From assembly GCF_021869535.1 (NCBI RefSeq), contig NW_026262723.1:71796001-71860000 (forward strand): DNA of 64,000 bases, in the 5' to 3' direction. The position numbers were made by a program, and so were the translations under genes. Positions 1-13,569 of this stretch are shown here, piece by piece. This stretch comes from Mytilus californianus. Its lineage: Eukaryota. The notes beneath the pieces are model-generated. The model was not told where the DNA came from. It did not search any database and saw nothing but the letters and a program-made list of their open reading frames with translations. Position 1 is the first letter of the stretch, and the number at the start of each line of letters is the position of its first letter.

Positions 1-694
1 GCATTTCTTATGTAAGAAAAACCCCAAATTGGTAAATCAAACCAGAGAAAAAGGTTTTTACTAAATGTTTTATGTTTGGGTATTTTCGTTTTCATCTACT
101 ATATGTAGTTTTAGATTTGCCTATCTGTATCTATTCATCTCAACAATCTCTATTATCTTGTGGTAGTGAAGATTCTAAATCATAATATACAGAAACTAAG
201 AGCAATACCAGTCAATTAGTGATTCGAGACCACGGGCCAGGTGCCTGGTTTTCGAAAGTATCTTAGGACTAAGACATGTCTTAATACGGTCTTACGGGCG
301 TGTCCAGTCTTAAGACACGTTTTGGAAAGTGTTACAAGTTTAGATATGTATTAATTTTAATCGTAATCGTAAGACACCTCACCACATGTTTTAGGATGTC
401 TTTTAAAAGATTGTATTTGACTGTCGTTTAGATGCACATTCGACAGCGGACTGAAAACGTACGCCAAAAACGGTGTTCTGAGATAGAAATAACAATTTAT
501 GTAGGGATGAGAGGGAAAGTCGGTATGGATGAGCAGATGAAACATCCAATACCCCACCCTTTTCATATAATTTTTTTGAATAAACGACACAAAATCAGTA
601 TGTGGACAGTAAAAATCTCAAAAAGCAAAGGAACAGCGCTTGTATTGCTGTTCTTCATCTCAAAGTCAAAGTGAGGCCTTCAACACGGAGCAAA

Positions 695-1200
695 ATAAAC
701 TGTTGACACAGAGATATGTCTCGCCTATCTGCATAAAATTCAGAAATAGACAATCTGATAGACAGCAAAATTACTTATTAATTCAGCCACTGGACCATGA
801 TCTAGTGGGCAGGGCCTGAAAATGGTCGACACATTGAGATGTACAGATAGTAATGTAACTTTATAGAAAATATCGTTGTTTATTGTAAGAAGTTCCTATC
901 AATATAACTTACGCAGAAAAACTTAACATTGAAAATTGCTAATTAATTCAAAGTCACAGGACCATTTCCTAGGGGGCAGGACATCAAAATAGCCGTCAAA
1001 CTGATATGCACTGAAAGTAATGCAACTTTATACAAAATATCATTGATAGTTGACAGTTAGCCCTTATCAAACTGACTTAAGCAGAAAACTTAACATTGAA
1101 AATTGCTAATTAATTCAAAGTCACTGGACCATGACCTAAGGAGTGGGGCCTCAAAATAGTCATCAAACTGATATGAACTGATAGTAATGCAACTTTATAT
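695..1200 (-). mobile_element. Truncated non-autonomous Helentron-like (HINE) element with about 3 tandem ~167-bp units
   Basis: subTIR-like tgtctcgcc at 717-725; repeated ttcaaagtcac(a/t)ggacc at ~948 and ~1115; same terminal motif as the element at 3535-4190. Confidence 0.55.
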
Positions 1201-1413
1201 TCAGTTTTAAGACGATTCTTAGCACCGGTTTGAGCGGAATTCTTTGCACACTTAAGATCACGCCACAACTGTGAACATGGAGTAATATCAATAATATAAA
1301 TCTGGCAAAGAAATCAAACATGTACTGTCAGTATTAAGCACGACAATCACACTGAAGCATGCAGGCAGTTCTTAAAAATATTTTTTTCTGATGTTACCAA
1401 TTATTCTATTTAC

Positions 1414-1701
1414 CTTCGATACACCTGTACGTCACATTTAGATATTTGTATGTTCCAGGGCAAGGATCGCCGTATGTATTTGAAGACTGTGGTAAGCATG
1501 TTCGGAAAGAATTACATTTACTCGCTACACGGCTGGTAGCTGTCCTTCTACACGAGTAGGACACGCTAGACTTAACACTAGGGTGAGGACACACACTGGA
1601 ATCTGTTCTACCATAAATGGCATCTATAATGGTGATTATTTGTGTTGTAGAACATGCAAGAATTGGACTTCTTTTACTTTCACACAGAATGTAATTGAGA
1701 T
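1414..1701 (-). CDS. Internal exon encoding one SUEL/rhamnose-binding (Gal_Lectin-type) lectin domain
   Basis: Translation LCES...LAC....IITIIDAIYGRTDSSVC...C...C...YGDPCPGTYKYLNVTYRC contains the SUEL hallmarks YGR and DPCxGTYKYLxVxYxC; acceptor ttttcag|AT at 1701, donor G|gtaaat at 1414; 288 nt, phase 1-1. Confidence 0.9.
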
Positions 1702-1764
1702 CTGAAAAAAATTTAAAAAGTCCATTAAGCATATAACAGAACATTGATTTAATTTATTCTATGA

Positions 1765-1925
1765 TAATTAACTCATCAGAGACACCATGATTGAAATTGT
1801 GTACGCCAGACGCGCGTTTCGTTTACAAAAGACGCACCAATGTTGCTCGGATCAAAAATTGTTAAAAAGGTCAAATAAAATACGAAGTTGAAAAGCATTG
1901 AGGATCCAACATTCCTAAAAGTTTA
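1765..1925 (-). mobile_element. Penelope-type LTR-like fragment with a decayed minimal hammerhead ribozyme (1809-1840)
   Basis: Minus strand reads UUGGUGC-GUC-UUUUGUA-AAC-GAAA-CGCGCG-UC, a mutated form of CUGAUGA-GUC...GAC-GAAA-palindrome-UC. Confidence 0.5.
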
Positions 1926-2571
1926 CCTTTCTACTTTATAACCCGATGAATCTATTTTTTCATGAGACGAATTTCTATTGAATAGTTTACGTCATTTAAA
2001 AGAAAAATAACGTTTGTTGGTAGATTCGTGTTTGTCCTATGATTGGACTTGTTTGCTGGTTAATAAGTAGAGGCTTATTGAAACATTGGCATTATATTGT
2101 TTCGTACAAAAATTATCAATTAGGACAGAACGTGAATTCCCAAACATTTAGATTCGAGTTTCTAGCTACACATGACATATTTTGGTATCATACCCGTATG
2201 TTTATATTACTACCACTTGATTGAAACCGATGCTGATGGACAATAATATTAAAACTAAGGTCATAACTCACAGATTTGCTTTCAATAGTAACATGGGTAA
2301 CGAACGCTTATGTAATGATTTCCAAAACTTTTTAATTCGAGCGTTTCCGATAAATGTTATTTCAGAATCGAGTGTTGAGTGCAATGCATTGAAATCGGTA
2401 GCAAACGTTTAAGGTATGTTTATTTATGCCAGTATCATTCTATAAGTTATATATGGTTTACTACTGACCCTCTACGAATCTATTGAGGGTTAGTAAAATC
2501 CATAAGGATGAGGCCGGAGGCCGGTATAATACGTTTATGTTACTACCGGTAAGTTGGAATAATACGTTTAT

Positions 2572-3215
2572 AGAAAATAAGAAGATGTGATTTGATTGCC
2601 AATGAGAAAACTCTCCACCAGAGACCAAACGACGTAAAAGTTAACGACCTTCGACAATAAGTAAAATCCATACCGCATAGTAAGCTATTAAAGGCCCCGT
2701 AATGACAAATGTAAAACAATTCAAACGAGAAAACTAACGGCCTGATTTATGCACAAAATAATAAACGAAAAACAAATATGATGTACAGCAACAAACGACA
2801 ACCACTGAATTACAGGCTCATGAGGTGGGACCTTCACATACAGAATGTGGAGGTGTTAAACATGTTTGCTGGCGCCAAACCCTCTCCCTAGCCCAGTGGT
2901 GTAACAGTAATACATAAGAATAAACTATAAAAATCAGTTGAAAAGGGCTTAACTCATCAGATCGATACAATCCAGAAAAACATCCAACAAAAACAAAGAC
3001 CGGGCGTGGCATGTTATTTATACATCTCTATCAACAAAAAAGACACAATTTGAAAGTGCAGATCTGAGAGTAGTCGCAGTTACTGACAGCTAGTACAAAG
3101 TCAATAACAACTAATAAAAAATCATGTATCTAAGCCTAAAATATAAATCAGTACACATCTAACATCTAACAGTCAGAGAAAACAAGACCTTGTGCAATGC
3201 CAAAATACAGGAAGA
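2572..3215 (-). mobile_element. 5'-truncated 3' tail of the Penelope-like element family
   Basis: Collinear with 19597-20300 (aagaagatgtg...gccaatgag...ctgagagtagtcgcag...ccttgtgcaatgccaa). Confidence 0.75.
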
Positions 3216-3534
3216 TTGTAGAACCGTGAATTTGCATAACGTCATAGACCGAGTACCTAAATTGCACCCATTTAGCAAAAATAGCAGCGGAAATCTTAGA
3301 AGTTTTCATAGAGACTAAACAATTTGTCTTTTTATGATTTGACATTATGCACGTCTTTCAATATATCTAATTATATTCAAATATACACAAAACGTTCAGA
3401 GTATATATCAACAGATGAAGTATCCACTGGAATAAAGTAAAATCTATGGAAAAGTCGTAATGTAACATCCACAAAGAGTCAACTTTTAAAAACGAGCAAT
3501 TAAAATATGTTACAGGCATCCATTTCTTGAATAA

Positions 3535-4190
3535 ACTGTTAACACAGAGATATGTCTCGCCTATTTGTTATTTTTATAATGCAAATGTTGAAATTAAAAT
3601 AGCAATACTTTAACATGTAAGTTATGCAAATATTCAAAGTCAATGAACCATGACTGAAGATACAGGGCTAAACAATCTCCATGGAAATGGGATGTGCCAA
3701 TGCTAATACAACTGCATACCAAATACCATTGACTTTTCATAAGTCGTTCCCTTTAAACAAACCTAAACACATACATTAACTTGTAAACTATGTAAAGGTT
3801 TCTAATATTCCTTCATAATGAAGGGGTGGGGTTATATAATCTCCATGGAAATGAAATTTGCAAATGCCAATACATTTGTATACCAAATATCATTGACTTA
3901 ACATTAGTGGTCCATCTTAAACTGACCTAATCACAAACTAATACATGTAAACTAAGCAAAAGTTTCAAAGTCAATAGACCATGACTGAGGGGTAAGGACC
4001 AAATATTCTCCGTGGAAATGAGATGTGCTAAGGCTTATACAACTGCAAACCAAATATCATTGGCCTACCACTAGTGGTTCACCATAAACTAGACCTAATC
4101 ACATGTCAAACTAATACATTGTTGACGCTGACGCCGGAAACAGCATACTTATGTCTCGCTTTTTGACTCCGTCAAGGCGAGAAAAAAATG
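3535..4190 (-). mobile_element. Non-autonomous Helentron-like (HINE) element with about 3 tandem ~166-bp units
   Basis: tgtctcgcc subTIR at ~3553; terminal palindrome tgtctcgc...gcgaga at 4152-4182; unit marker tctcc(a/g)tggaaatg at ~3676, ~3840, ~4007. Confidence 0.7.
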
Positions 4191-4499
4191 AATAGTAAGC
4201 ATGGACTATTGTCAACTTGTTCTAAATTTTTGTAGAAATAAAACAAAACATCAGTTATTCGATTTGTACGGATGTGAATTTAAGCATGGATGCAATTTGG
4301 GTACTCCTCATTACAGAATCATGAATCGTTTGGAGGTGGTTTTAAACCCATTTTTTCTATGATTCAATATGGATTCAAAATTAAATTGGTGGAACTATAT
4401 AGTAAATAAGGATACATTTACAAAATAAACACAGAATGGAAACTTTGTCTGTATCATAAATAAACGTAGGTGAAAAAAACTGTCAAAATAGGTGCAATA

Positions 4500-4632
4500 T
4501 GTGTATAACAATAATCTTTAGTATGGTTTTATTTTACTGATAACAAAATCAATATTTATACCAATAAAAACAATATTCAAAGATTTAATTACAATGTTGA
4601 ATTAGTAACCTTTCAGAATAAGTTGATTTACA
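4500..4632 (-). mobile_element. Fragment of the C-terminus of the Penelope-like RT ORF
   Basis: Closely similar to 20330-20445 (tttactgataacaaaatcaatatt...accaataaaaacaatatt...gttgaatt.gtaacctt). Confidence 0.75.
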
Positions 4633-6324
4633 ACACATGAATTTACCCAAGGTCTTATCAAGTTGTGATTGTGTTGGTTTTGCTTTATACTTTCTATATC
4701 GTATCTTGTGATATTTTGTCCAGTGTCTGTGGTGTTTCTAACTGTCATTGTCTTGTTAATACTTTGGCCTGAGAAATGTTTTTAAAAGTTTTAGTAATGT
4801 TTAACTTTAAGTGTTAGAGACAATTTGTGTTGATGGATAATGAATTTCGTAATCACCTAGGGTTAGACAAATAAAAATACACAGATAGTCACTGCTTTTA
4901 AGATTTACCGATGCAAAGTACCTTCAAGCTAAACCAACCCATAAAGAAAAGCAATGGTCTGATTCAGAAGTTATATAGTTTTAGTCTTAAAAACTTCTTC
5001 TTAATAACAACACATTTGCAGTACACACGAAGTACACAAACTATTGGCTTGCAAAGTGCTGTGAACGGCTATTAGTCTGCTTACATGTATGTTGTATAAA
5101 TAAATCATAGGCTTTGAACAATCTATGAAAAAATATCACTTCACTTCTAGCTTAGTTTAAGTGAGCAATGTTTTTATGTGATAAGGTGAAGTTTTTTTTT
5201 CCATTGAAAAATGAGCAAAATATATAAAGAATAGAGAATAATTGGGTTGAAAAGTATAAAGAACAGCTGTGGAAAATAAAAGAATAAGGTAATACAATAC
5301 TGATTACACAAATGAACGACATACAAAATAAAGAAAGCACCAAATTACATGAAAATTTAATAGTACAATAATTTTATAGAATACGCTATTAAATCCTACA
5401 AATATGGACATGTATCGACTCAAAAAAACATTCACTGGACTAATGTGAACACGAAGTCACAGTACACTTGCAGACTCAACCGACTATGTATATTCATTCC
5501 ATGTAAACTACAGCAATATTAGGTATCATGCTTGCTTGATTTCAAAGATAAAGGGTTTTGAAGAAGGGTTTATTTCATGCTTTGGTCTTTGCAACAATGT
5601 ATTTTCTAAATAAATTGTCAAAAAACTTGGAACGCGATCGGACCCTCAGACAATACACCCAAATATTTTTGAATATTATTATTATTTTTATGTAAATGAG
5701 CAATTAATGTTTGCAAAATTCATTCTGTAATATTTCATGTTAATAAAAAGTAAAGAATCAATATAGAAAACAAAACAAACATACCAAACTAAATGTCATG
5801 TTGTCATGTGGTGTTGCAAAATGAAGTCACAGTACACAGAGAACGCGAAGGCACATTTCGTAGAGGACACCGTTTATATAGTGGGAAAATTTAAGTTTAA
5901 AAGCAAATATTATCCAATCAGGTTTCAAATATGACGGCTTCGTTGTACAATAGGTATAAAGCATGTCTATTTATTTCTAAAATGTCTAAAGGTTCGATTC
6001 GTTACCAGTTCTGGATTCGAAATATTATGTTTACAAATTAAATGTATTTGATTTATTCATTAAGTAACATGTACGATTAAAAGAGCATTAGCTACGATTT
6101 AGACAACAAATTAAAAAACGTTTTGTTTTGTTTTAAACATTCACAATAGCGGAATATTGAAATGATAATTCACCATTTGCAACCAGTTTGATTCAATTTT
6201 GAAAATATAATCTCAAAAAGAAGGCCGATGTAATAATGTCCGTATGCATGCAACCATTAATACTCCCCTTAGTTGAAGATGGGTTGTACTTTGCTTCAGC
6301 ATGTTCAGTTATCAATTAGAATAG

Positions 6325-8830
6325 AATATTCAAAAATATATATCTTTATTGTCATATAAACATTATTAGTTTGTGACAAAAAAACAAAAACAAACATTAT
6401 ATAGCAAAGAAATGAACACATGGAAAAAAATCATAAGACTTCTGCCCTCAGTTCTAATGACTGTTTTATAAAGGAGACAATATTTTTAACGTGTTCCATG
6501 AAAGAGGGGTTTAGCATTTCTTTTACTTTTTGTTCTTGGGTAAGAGACATAAAATTATGAGAAGGTAAACAATTTTCAAATAGATTATCCCTGAGTTTTT
6601 TTGTTAATTTTACGTTCAAGGAGGAAGTGTTTTTCATTCTAGCAAGTGGCACAGTTTACATAATTTATCCTTTCTAGGAATTTTATAATAGCGACCCTTT
6701 TCTATTTCTAAGTTATGGTCACTAATTCTCAACTTAGTGAAGCATTTTCTTATAGAAAAGTAATTAGAAGCTAAATAAAATTCCCTATCCAAGCTAAGTT
6801 TTAAATTTTTATAAAGTAACAGTTTACTATTTTCATCATAACTATTTATTCTATTTTCAAACATATTCAAAAAATGTTCTTTAAATTCATTTTTAATCAA
6901 GGGCTGAAAAGACTTTATTTCATTAAAGTCCCTACAGTTATTAACTTTATCTAAACGGTCTTGGTTGGGTGAAATATTCTTTGCATATGTATACCAAGAA
7001 TAAGTACAATGGGAGACAAGCAGTTTTTTATAATAATATGCTTCTTTAAGTAAAGGATTTATATTTTTTAGAATTCAGTCTTTCTAGGTAAAATAGAGAC
7101 TGTAAAAAAATAAAATGTTCAAGGGGGAGTCTTCCTAGTTCTGCTCGGACTACTATAGTCGATGCGGTTTTTTTGGTGCCCAGCAAAAATTTACAAAAAT
7201 TAATGTGAACCTTTTCGAAAGGAGTTTTATCAATAAATGAAATACTCTTTGATCAAAGTTTTTATTATTTCCGTCAGCTCTTATCTTAGCTCTGTATCGT
7301 GTTATATAGCTATCCATAGAGGATATCTCCGAGTTATAAGTTATAACTGGTTGAACTAATTTATCAAAAAGATTACTAGAAATTTCTATTGGGAGATTTC
7401 CCAATGAAGCTACCTTGGTTTTAACCGAAAACATGACTTTTCTTGCTTTTTTCGCTAGGTCTTCTAAACTTGAAATAAGGTTACCATTGCTCTTTATAAG
7501 AATTCCTAGAAATTTATATTCTAATACATTTTTTATCATATTACCATTGTAGTTAAGAAATGAAACTACACTTTTGGCACAATGTGGCTGTAAAATCATG
7601 GTTTTAGTTTTATTTATATTTAGAGTAAGTTGCCAATTTTCACAGAAACTACTAAACTTATTTATACTGTTCTGTAGACCTTCTTTACTATCTGATATCA
7701 AAGTAGATCATCTGCAAAAGATAGTGATCCAAGGGTTGAGTCTACTAGTTTTGGTAGCATGGAGTCTTCAGCACAGAAGATATTATCTAGGTCATTTATA
7801 AAGATATTAAAAAAGTGGGACTAATGGAGTCCCCCTGTTTTACTCTTCGAAAGGGTTCAAAGAAATTGGAACAAGTATTGTTCCATTTCAAGGAAGTTTC
7901 AGTTTTCAAATACTGGTTCTTATAATATTAAATATATTTTTGCCCACTCCAATTTTTGCTAATTTATACAGTAAACCTCTTCTCCACACTGAGTCAAATG
8001 CCTTTTGAAATTCAAAAAAACAAATGAGCTACGTCGGATAGAAATCGACCTTATGCAAATGAATATCAATACATTTGTTAACTTATTTCGGGTTGAAAAA
8101 ATCTTTATGCAAACTCTGTAACTGTTTGAAAATTGAGTCGATACAGGAACCCTACAAAATAGACCAAAATTCATCTTTTATTTCGTATTTGAATTTTCCA
8201 AAATTAATCAAAGTCTTATAAATGAACATGTATACGTGCACTTACATCAGGTCGATTTCTATCCGACGCAGCTCAAATATATAACTTACTATTATTCTTA
8301 TGTAATTACTTATTTATCAATGCCTTTAATATAAAGAGACTATCAGTTGTCCTGTGGTTTTCTCTGAAACCAAACTGTGTTTTTGTGTATTTATCTTTCA
8401 TTAGTGTTTTTAATCTCTCATTAAGTACTGCACTAAATATTTTTGATATGCAAGTAAAGAGAGAAAGCCCTCTATAATTTGATGGATCTGACTTGCTACC
8501 AGATTTATGTATCAAAGTCATGTGGGATAGTGTCCAGTTTTTAAAATAAGATTAAATAAGTTTGCTAAAGAGTTTAATGTGAGCATACTACTATGTGTAA
8601 ATATTTCATTTAAGATGCAATCTGGTCCACTTGCTTTACCTTGCTTTAATTTATTCAAAATATGTTTTATTTGTTTTATTATTATAGGTTTATCAGTTAC
8701 TTCATTAGAATATAGATTATTTTCAATGTTTTGTAGTTCATTAATGATATTATTTTCGAAATGACAAATTACTTTATTACATTTTCCTTGGTCCTGCACA
8801 TGTTTAATTGTTTTATCTAATATCAAAAGT
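6325..8830 (-). mobile_element. 5'-truncated, frameshifted non-LTR retrotransposon (LINE) RT, RTE-X-like by its C-terminus
   Basis: Successive minus-strand motifs KQGKASGPD, HKSG..SDPSNYRGLSL, QFGFR, KAFDSVWREGL, VKQGDSISPT, FADD (~7705-7716), LNINKTK, YKFLG, LRISDHNLEIEKGRY..IPR...CKLC; aataaa near 6345. Confidence 0.9.
8026..8274. mobile_element. 249-bp MITE (Sola-like) inserted in the LINE RT
   Basis: 26-bp TIRs gagctacgtcggatagaaatcgacct / aggtcgatttctatccgacgcagctc (1 mismatch); 4-bp TSD AAAT at 8022-8025 and 8275-8278; GAG...CTC termini. Confidence 0.85.
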
Positions 8831-9029
8831 GAAAAGAGAAAGCAAGGGAGCTACCAGGAAGATTCGGCCCACAAAATATTATTATACAGTTAAAACGTTT
8901 ATTTTTTGTTTTTAATCTATGACAAGAAATCCATTATAGATCATTATACTTCCATCATTAGGCCTAGAAAATCGTCATTATGCTTATCTATCTATTTCTA
9001 TTTATATTCAAGTCTATATTGGGTCACAT

Positions 9030-9172
9030 AGATATAAGAAGATGTGGTATGAGTGCCAATGAGACAACTCTCCATCCAAGTCACAATTTGTAAAAGTAAA
9101 CCATTATAGGTCAAAGTACGGCCTTCAACACGGAGCCTTGGCTCAGACCGAACAGCAAGCTATAAAGGGCCA
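9030..9172 (-). mobile_element. Short 3'-end copy of the Penelope-like tail repeat
   Basis: aagaagatgtggtatgagtgccaatgagacaactctcc...ggccttcaac...gctataaagggcc, as at 19603-19740; further short copies near 13084-13130 (+) and 31903-32040 (-). Confidence 0.7.
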
Positions 9173-12100
9173 CATGACCATTTGCAGCTTTGGTGTCATC
9201 TCGATGCTTAATTAGATCACATCTAGTCCTAACTGAAATACGAACTAAATTTTGCTTCTCTATTTCGATTTCATATATTCTTATTGTTTAAGATGGAATT
9301 ATTGTAATTTTGCTAAAAACTTTAGTTTGTTTAAATAAAAGAGTCCGAAGGGAATTTGGTGCCAATAAATACTACACCACACACCCCTTCTAATCAAAAT
9401 ACTAATCAACTACCAGTAAATTATAAATAGCGACTCTGTGTTGATAGTAAAATTTATCTACAACGATTCTACCTCAGCCAATATAAACCTGATTCCTACA
9501 TTTGTACTTTTAACTAATATGTTTATCGTCATGGATAGCTCTGTTTTAATAGAACAATGTGGTATCCTACTAGCTACGACGACACACTTCGCACTTGACA
9601 AGCTACTACTTACTACCTGTACAAGTGTGTTTACAACAGGCCGCACCCTGTCCTTTATTGCATTGATGAGATTTTCAATCTGAGACTACAATCTGTAAAT
9701 TTCACCCATCAGGACTTAATTAAAGAACTGTTGGTCTTTTCCTTCGTAGATTAATGACATTGAAGAAAAACTCTCGCTTGCTTCTGTTTGAATCCCAGGG
9801 CTATACTATCATCGAAAAACGGGGTATTTCCATAAAGTTACCTTGATTGCTTAAATTAGCGTTTCTCTTCAACATCCCAATACATTTAACCTGACCTAAG
9901 ATTTACCCATCTAACATAATTATACTTGTTATTTTCTATGCTTAATGTCTTTGTATTAAGATGATATGTAAACAAAGGGTTCCTTTCGAACAGTTACTAA
10001 TGTAATCGATCAAACTTATGTAGCAAAACATCAGCTATCTTCACTCTAAATAACTTTGGGATAAGCTTGTTTTGGAACAGGAAACACATTGTATAGACAT
10101 GCAGAGTCGTCATAAATAGCGAAACGCCATGAATTTTGCTTTTTTTTTCGTCACAATTACCGAAAAAATACACATAGGTATGGGCTTTTTGGTGCTAAGC
10201 ACATGACATAGGTGAAATCTCCTTGTTCTTACTGTGCTATAATTTCGATAATGCACAGCTAAGGTGAGCATTAAATACCTCAGATATACTACACAGTTCA
10301 AAAATATTCTTACCTTTAGGGACGGTCTAGAATTTGTCAAAGGGCGCGTAATTCCATAAAAAGAAAATAGGAAGAAATACCGGCGAGTGTAGCGACCCTA
10401 AAAACAATTTTGACGATTTTATGCTTAAAAATGATATACATGACCAATCAAAGGGTGTGCGGCCTCTTCGCATTCCCCTTTTTTTTTAAATCCGCCACTG
10501 ACCTTGAAGTTACGACATAAACAACTTTGTACAAACTTTGCCATTTCAAAATATGAAATAGAAAGTGTTTCTTATTCCTTGGAACATTTTATGATATTTT
10601 TATGTTGTGTACAGTGTAAATCTTAAATTAAGTGTTTCAAAGTCAAACAAGATAATATATTTTTATTGTAATTTCTGCCAAAAAAGAAATGTAAGTAAGA
10701 ATATTAAAGCAAATGAAATACGATTTGGATTATTTTTGTGCTCAATGGAATTTATTACGACTTTTAAAATATTTTTTCCTTTTTAGTGACTGTTTTGGGA
10801 TCGAATTTAATGAGGTTCACATTTAAGTATGTGCCAAAACAGGGGGGGGGGGAGGGGGGGGAGAAGAATGCCTCACGAGTTTTTCCGGCCATTTTAACTC
10901 AAATTCGGAACATTAATATTTTAATCTTTATTAGTAGAGTACAAACAGTACTAGACCCAAGACCTTAACCGATTTCAAAATATCATACAAAAGTATATAA
11001 AAACAGTATCTAGAGAAAAGGATTAGTGTCCAACGAATTAACTTGTTATCGCAAAGGTAGTTTCCAATACGACAAACATTTTAACAATTGAATTAATTAA
11101 TCACATAGAAAGGTAAAAGGTTAGATAGACGTATACTATAGCACTTAAAATATATTGTCTGAATTTGATTTATTTCTAATTCAAATCTTCTGGGTTATAA
11201 TACCATGTCAATTAATTGCTACTACTATTTGATTTATTGTAATTTTCTCAAAAGCCAACAATAGTTCTGATCAAACCTCTCCCTTCGATCATTTTTCTTA
11301 AAAATGAATAAGATTGCCAAAACAAATCAAAACACAAATAGTCTCGAAAGATCAACACTTCAATTGTAAGGATATTTAAATCAGTGAAAATCGTTTGAAA
11401 TATATTGAGGGATTCTTCAATGATCAGATTGATGGTTGTTTTCTAGTTTAAAAAACAATGAATTTATAGCAATTATTCATAATACAATGTATGTCAGAGA
11501 TATTTAATATTATATGTAAATAGGTAATATCGAATCGTAAAATCTGGATGAAGTTGACGGCGAGACAACACAGTCAAAAGTAACACATGAAGTTGTGTAT
11601 TGTCTAGTAATTGAGGGGAATTTCGAACAAGAAAAAAATAACAAAGAAGCAAAACAATTTACGTTCAATTAATTTTAATAGGATTGTATTTTTAAAACAA
11701 ATAACCTAGATTTCATATGACGTTCCTTATTCCCTATTTATCTGAGACCTATTGTGTCATTGTATCAAAAACTATTTAAACTACTAAAATGACATACCTG
11801 AATTAGCAGTGTTTTGGCCTGACGTTTGTCTAATTAGACACAGGAAACAGTAACAGACAACACACCCGAGAGTATAAAGTATTGTTCTTTTCATTATTGT
11901 ACCGTAGTATCAAAAAGTAGTTGATATCGTATTGTCACGCTAGGTCTCTTCAGTTACAAACTAAAATTATGTATGTTATTGAAATATTTAAATCGTTTGT
12001 TCATTAGTGCATTCAGTCATAACAATTTAACACTTATCTAATAAGTGCGAAAAAAGGCCTAATGGGGGGGAAACACACAAGTGACAATAGGGGTAACTAA

Positions 12101-13569
12101 TTATCACACAATTATTGTGAAATAAACGCATTTGTTTTCCTGCATAGGTAACAGGTAAAACCCACTTTTTATCTGGCTTGAACATTCTTGTGTATTCATC
12201 CCTGATGAGTCCTCATCTTTGGATGCTTTTGAATGTGATCAGTTTGCTGTTATTTCTTCTGTAATACTGGTCAAAATCTTGGATTTCACTTTAGGTTGAT
12301 ATACACTATAAACGGAACATTCAACTCTATATCTATGAGCCGCCATCTTGGAAAGTTTTCTAGCTAAATCATGAAGTCAGTACGATTTGCGATAATAATT
12401 TAATTCTAATTTTAGGAATAATGAGTGCAAAATCATTTACCACATTCTTGAACGATTTTTTCTTTTCGGCAATATACATGATATACCAAGATAAACAATG
12501 TTAATTATCACGAATCATATGAATCGTCTTTTATCAGGAAAGGTGATTTTTGAACTATTGAAGATTTACTATTACAAATTAACTAGGTTCACACTGTTTT
12601 GCTAAATATCAAAAAACAAATAAGGGTGCACCCTTATTTTATTGGTCATGTGATTCTTTATTGCCCCCCCCCCCCCCCCCCCATTATGCATATTCCGGAC
12701 GAGAACATGTTAATTTGCGCACATTGCCTCTAGACTCTGGTATCTAGGGTATACAAGACATAATCTGGACATCACACATGGAGTCCAGAAGTGAGGAGCT
12801 TCTCTTGAAGATGCAGCATTTATCCCACATGCCATGGACGAAAGTGACAGTGAGCAGAGTGCAGTTGAAGAATAGAATATTAATTTAATCATTGTTAGGT
12901 AGCGGTCACATTGACGTTTATCTCAGTACTCCTCTTGCTCATCTTTTTGAAACCTATTTGTTTATATCATACTTTTTGCAACTAAGCAAATTTTTTGAAA
13001 ACTCTTAAAACATGTTTACCGGTTTATAACATATCCATGAGAAATAGTTCACATTTCATTTCACTTTAAAGAAAACAAACATTGTGGAGAGTTGTCTCAT
13101 TGGCAATTATACCACATCTCTTTTATATATATAGACGAAAATAATTGATCTTGTATATTAATTATAGTTATTGATAATAATTACTTGAATGGACGCAGCT
13201 TACATACACTTATATCGTTACAATCAAAGCCAAATAAAAAAAAACTGATATTCATGGATATCTATTAGTTTTAAAATACATCCATATGGACACGTCATTC
13301 GGTATCTGGTTTAAAGTTGTCTTCTTTGCAATAATATCACATCTTCTTTTTTTTCATACGGATTGAGACATGAATCTGTTTAATTTGACCAAATGATAAT
13401 AAAAGTAATAAGAAAGTACACTCGAACTTTATTCGAGATAAGAATGATAGTCGTATGTGGAATACCGGAACACTTTAACCAAGAGCAAGACTACTACAAG
13501 ATAAAAGCTAGTTAAGAATAAATTGACGATTGTGAAAACCTTATAAAAGAATTTCAGTTTAAAACTTAA

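Noticed and set aside
232-660. Possible Harbinger/Myb-SANT transposon relic with ttaagac motifs
   Set aside because: No matching second TIR and only vague protein resemblance
12120-12900. THAP-like or transposase-like fragments near caagatggcggc
   Set aside because: Stop-interrupted frames without diagnostic residues; cannot be assigned
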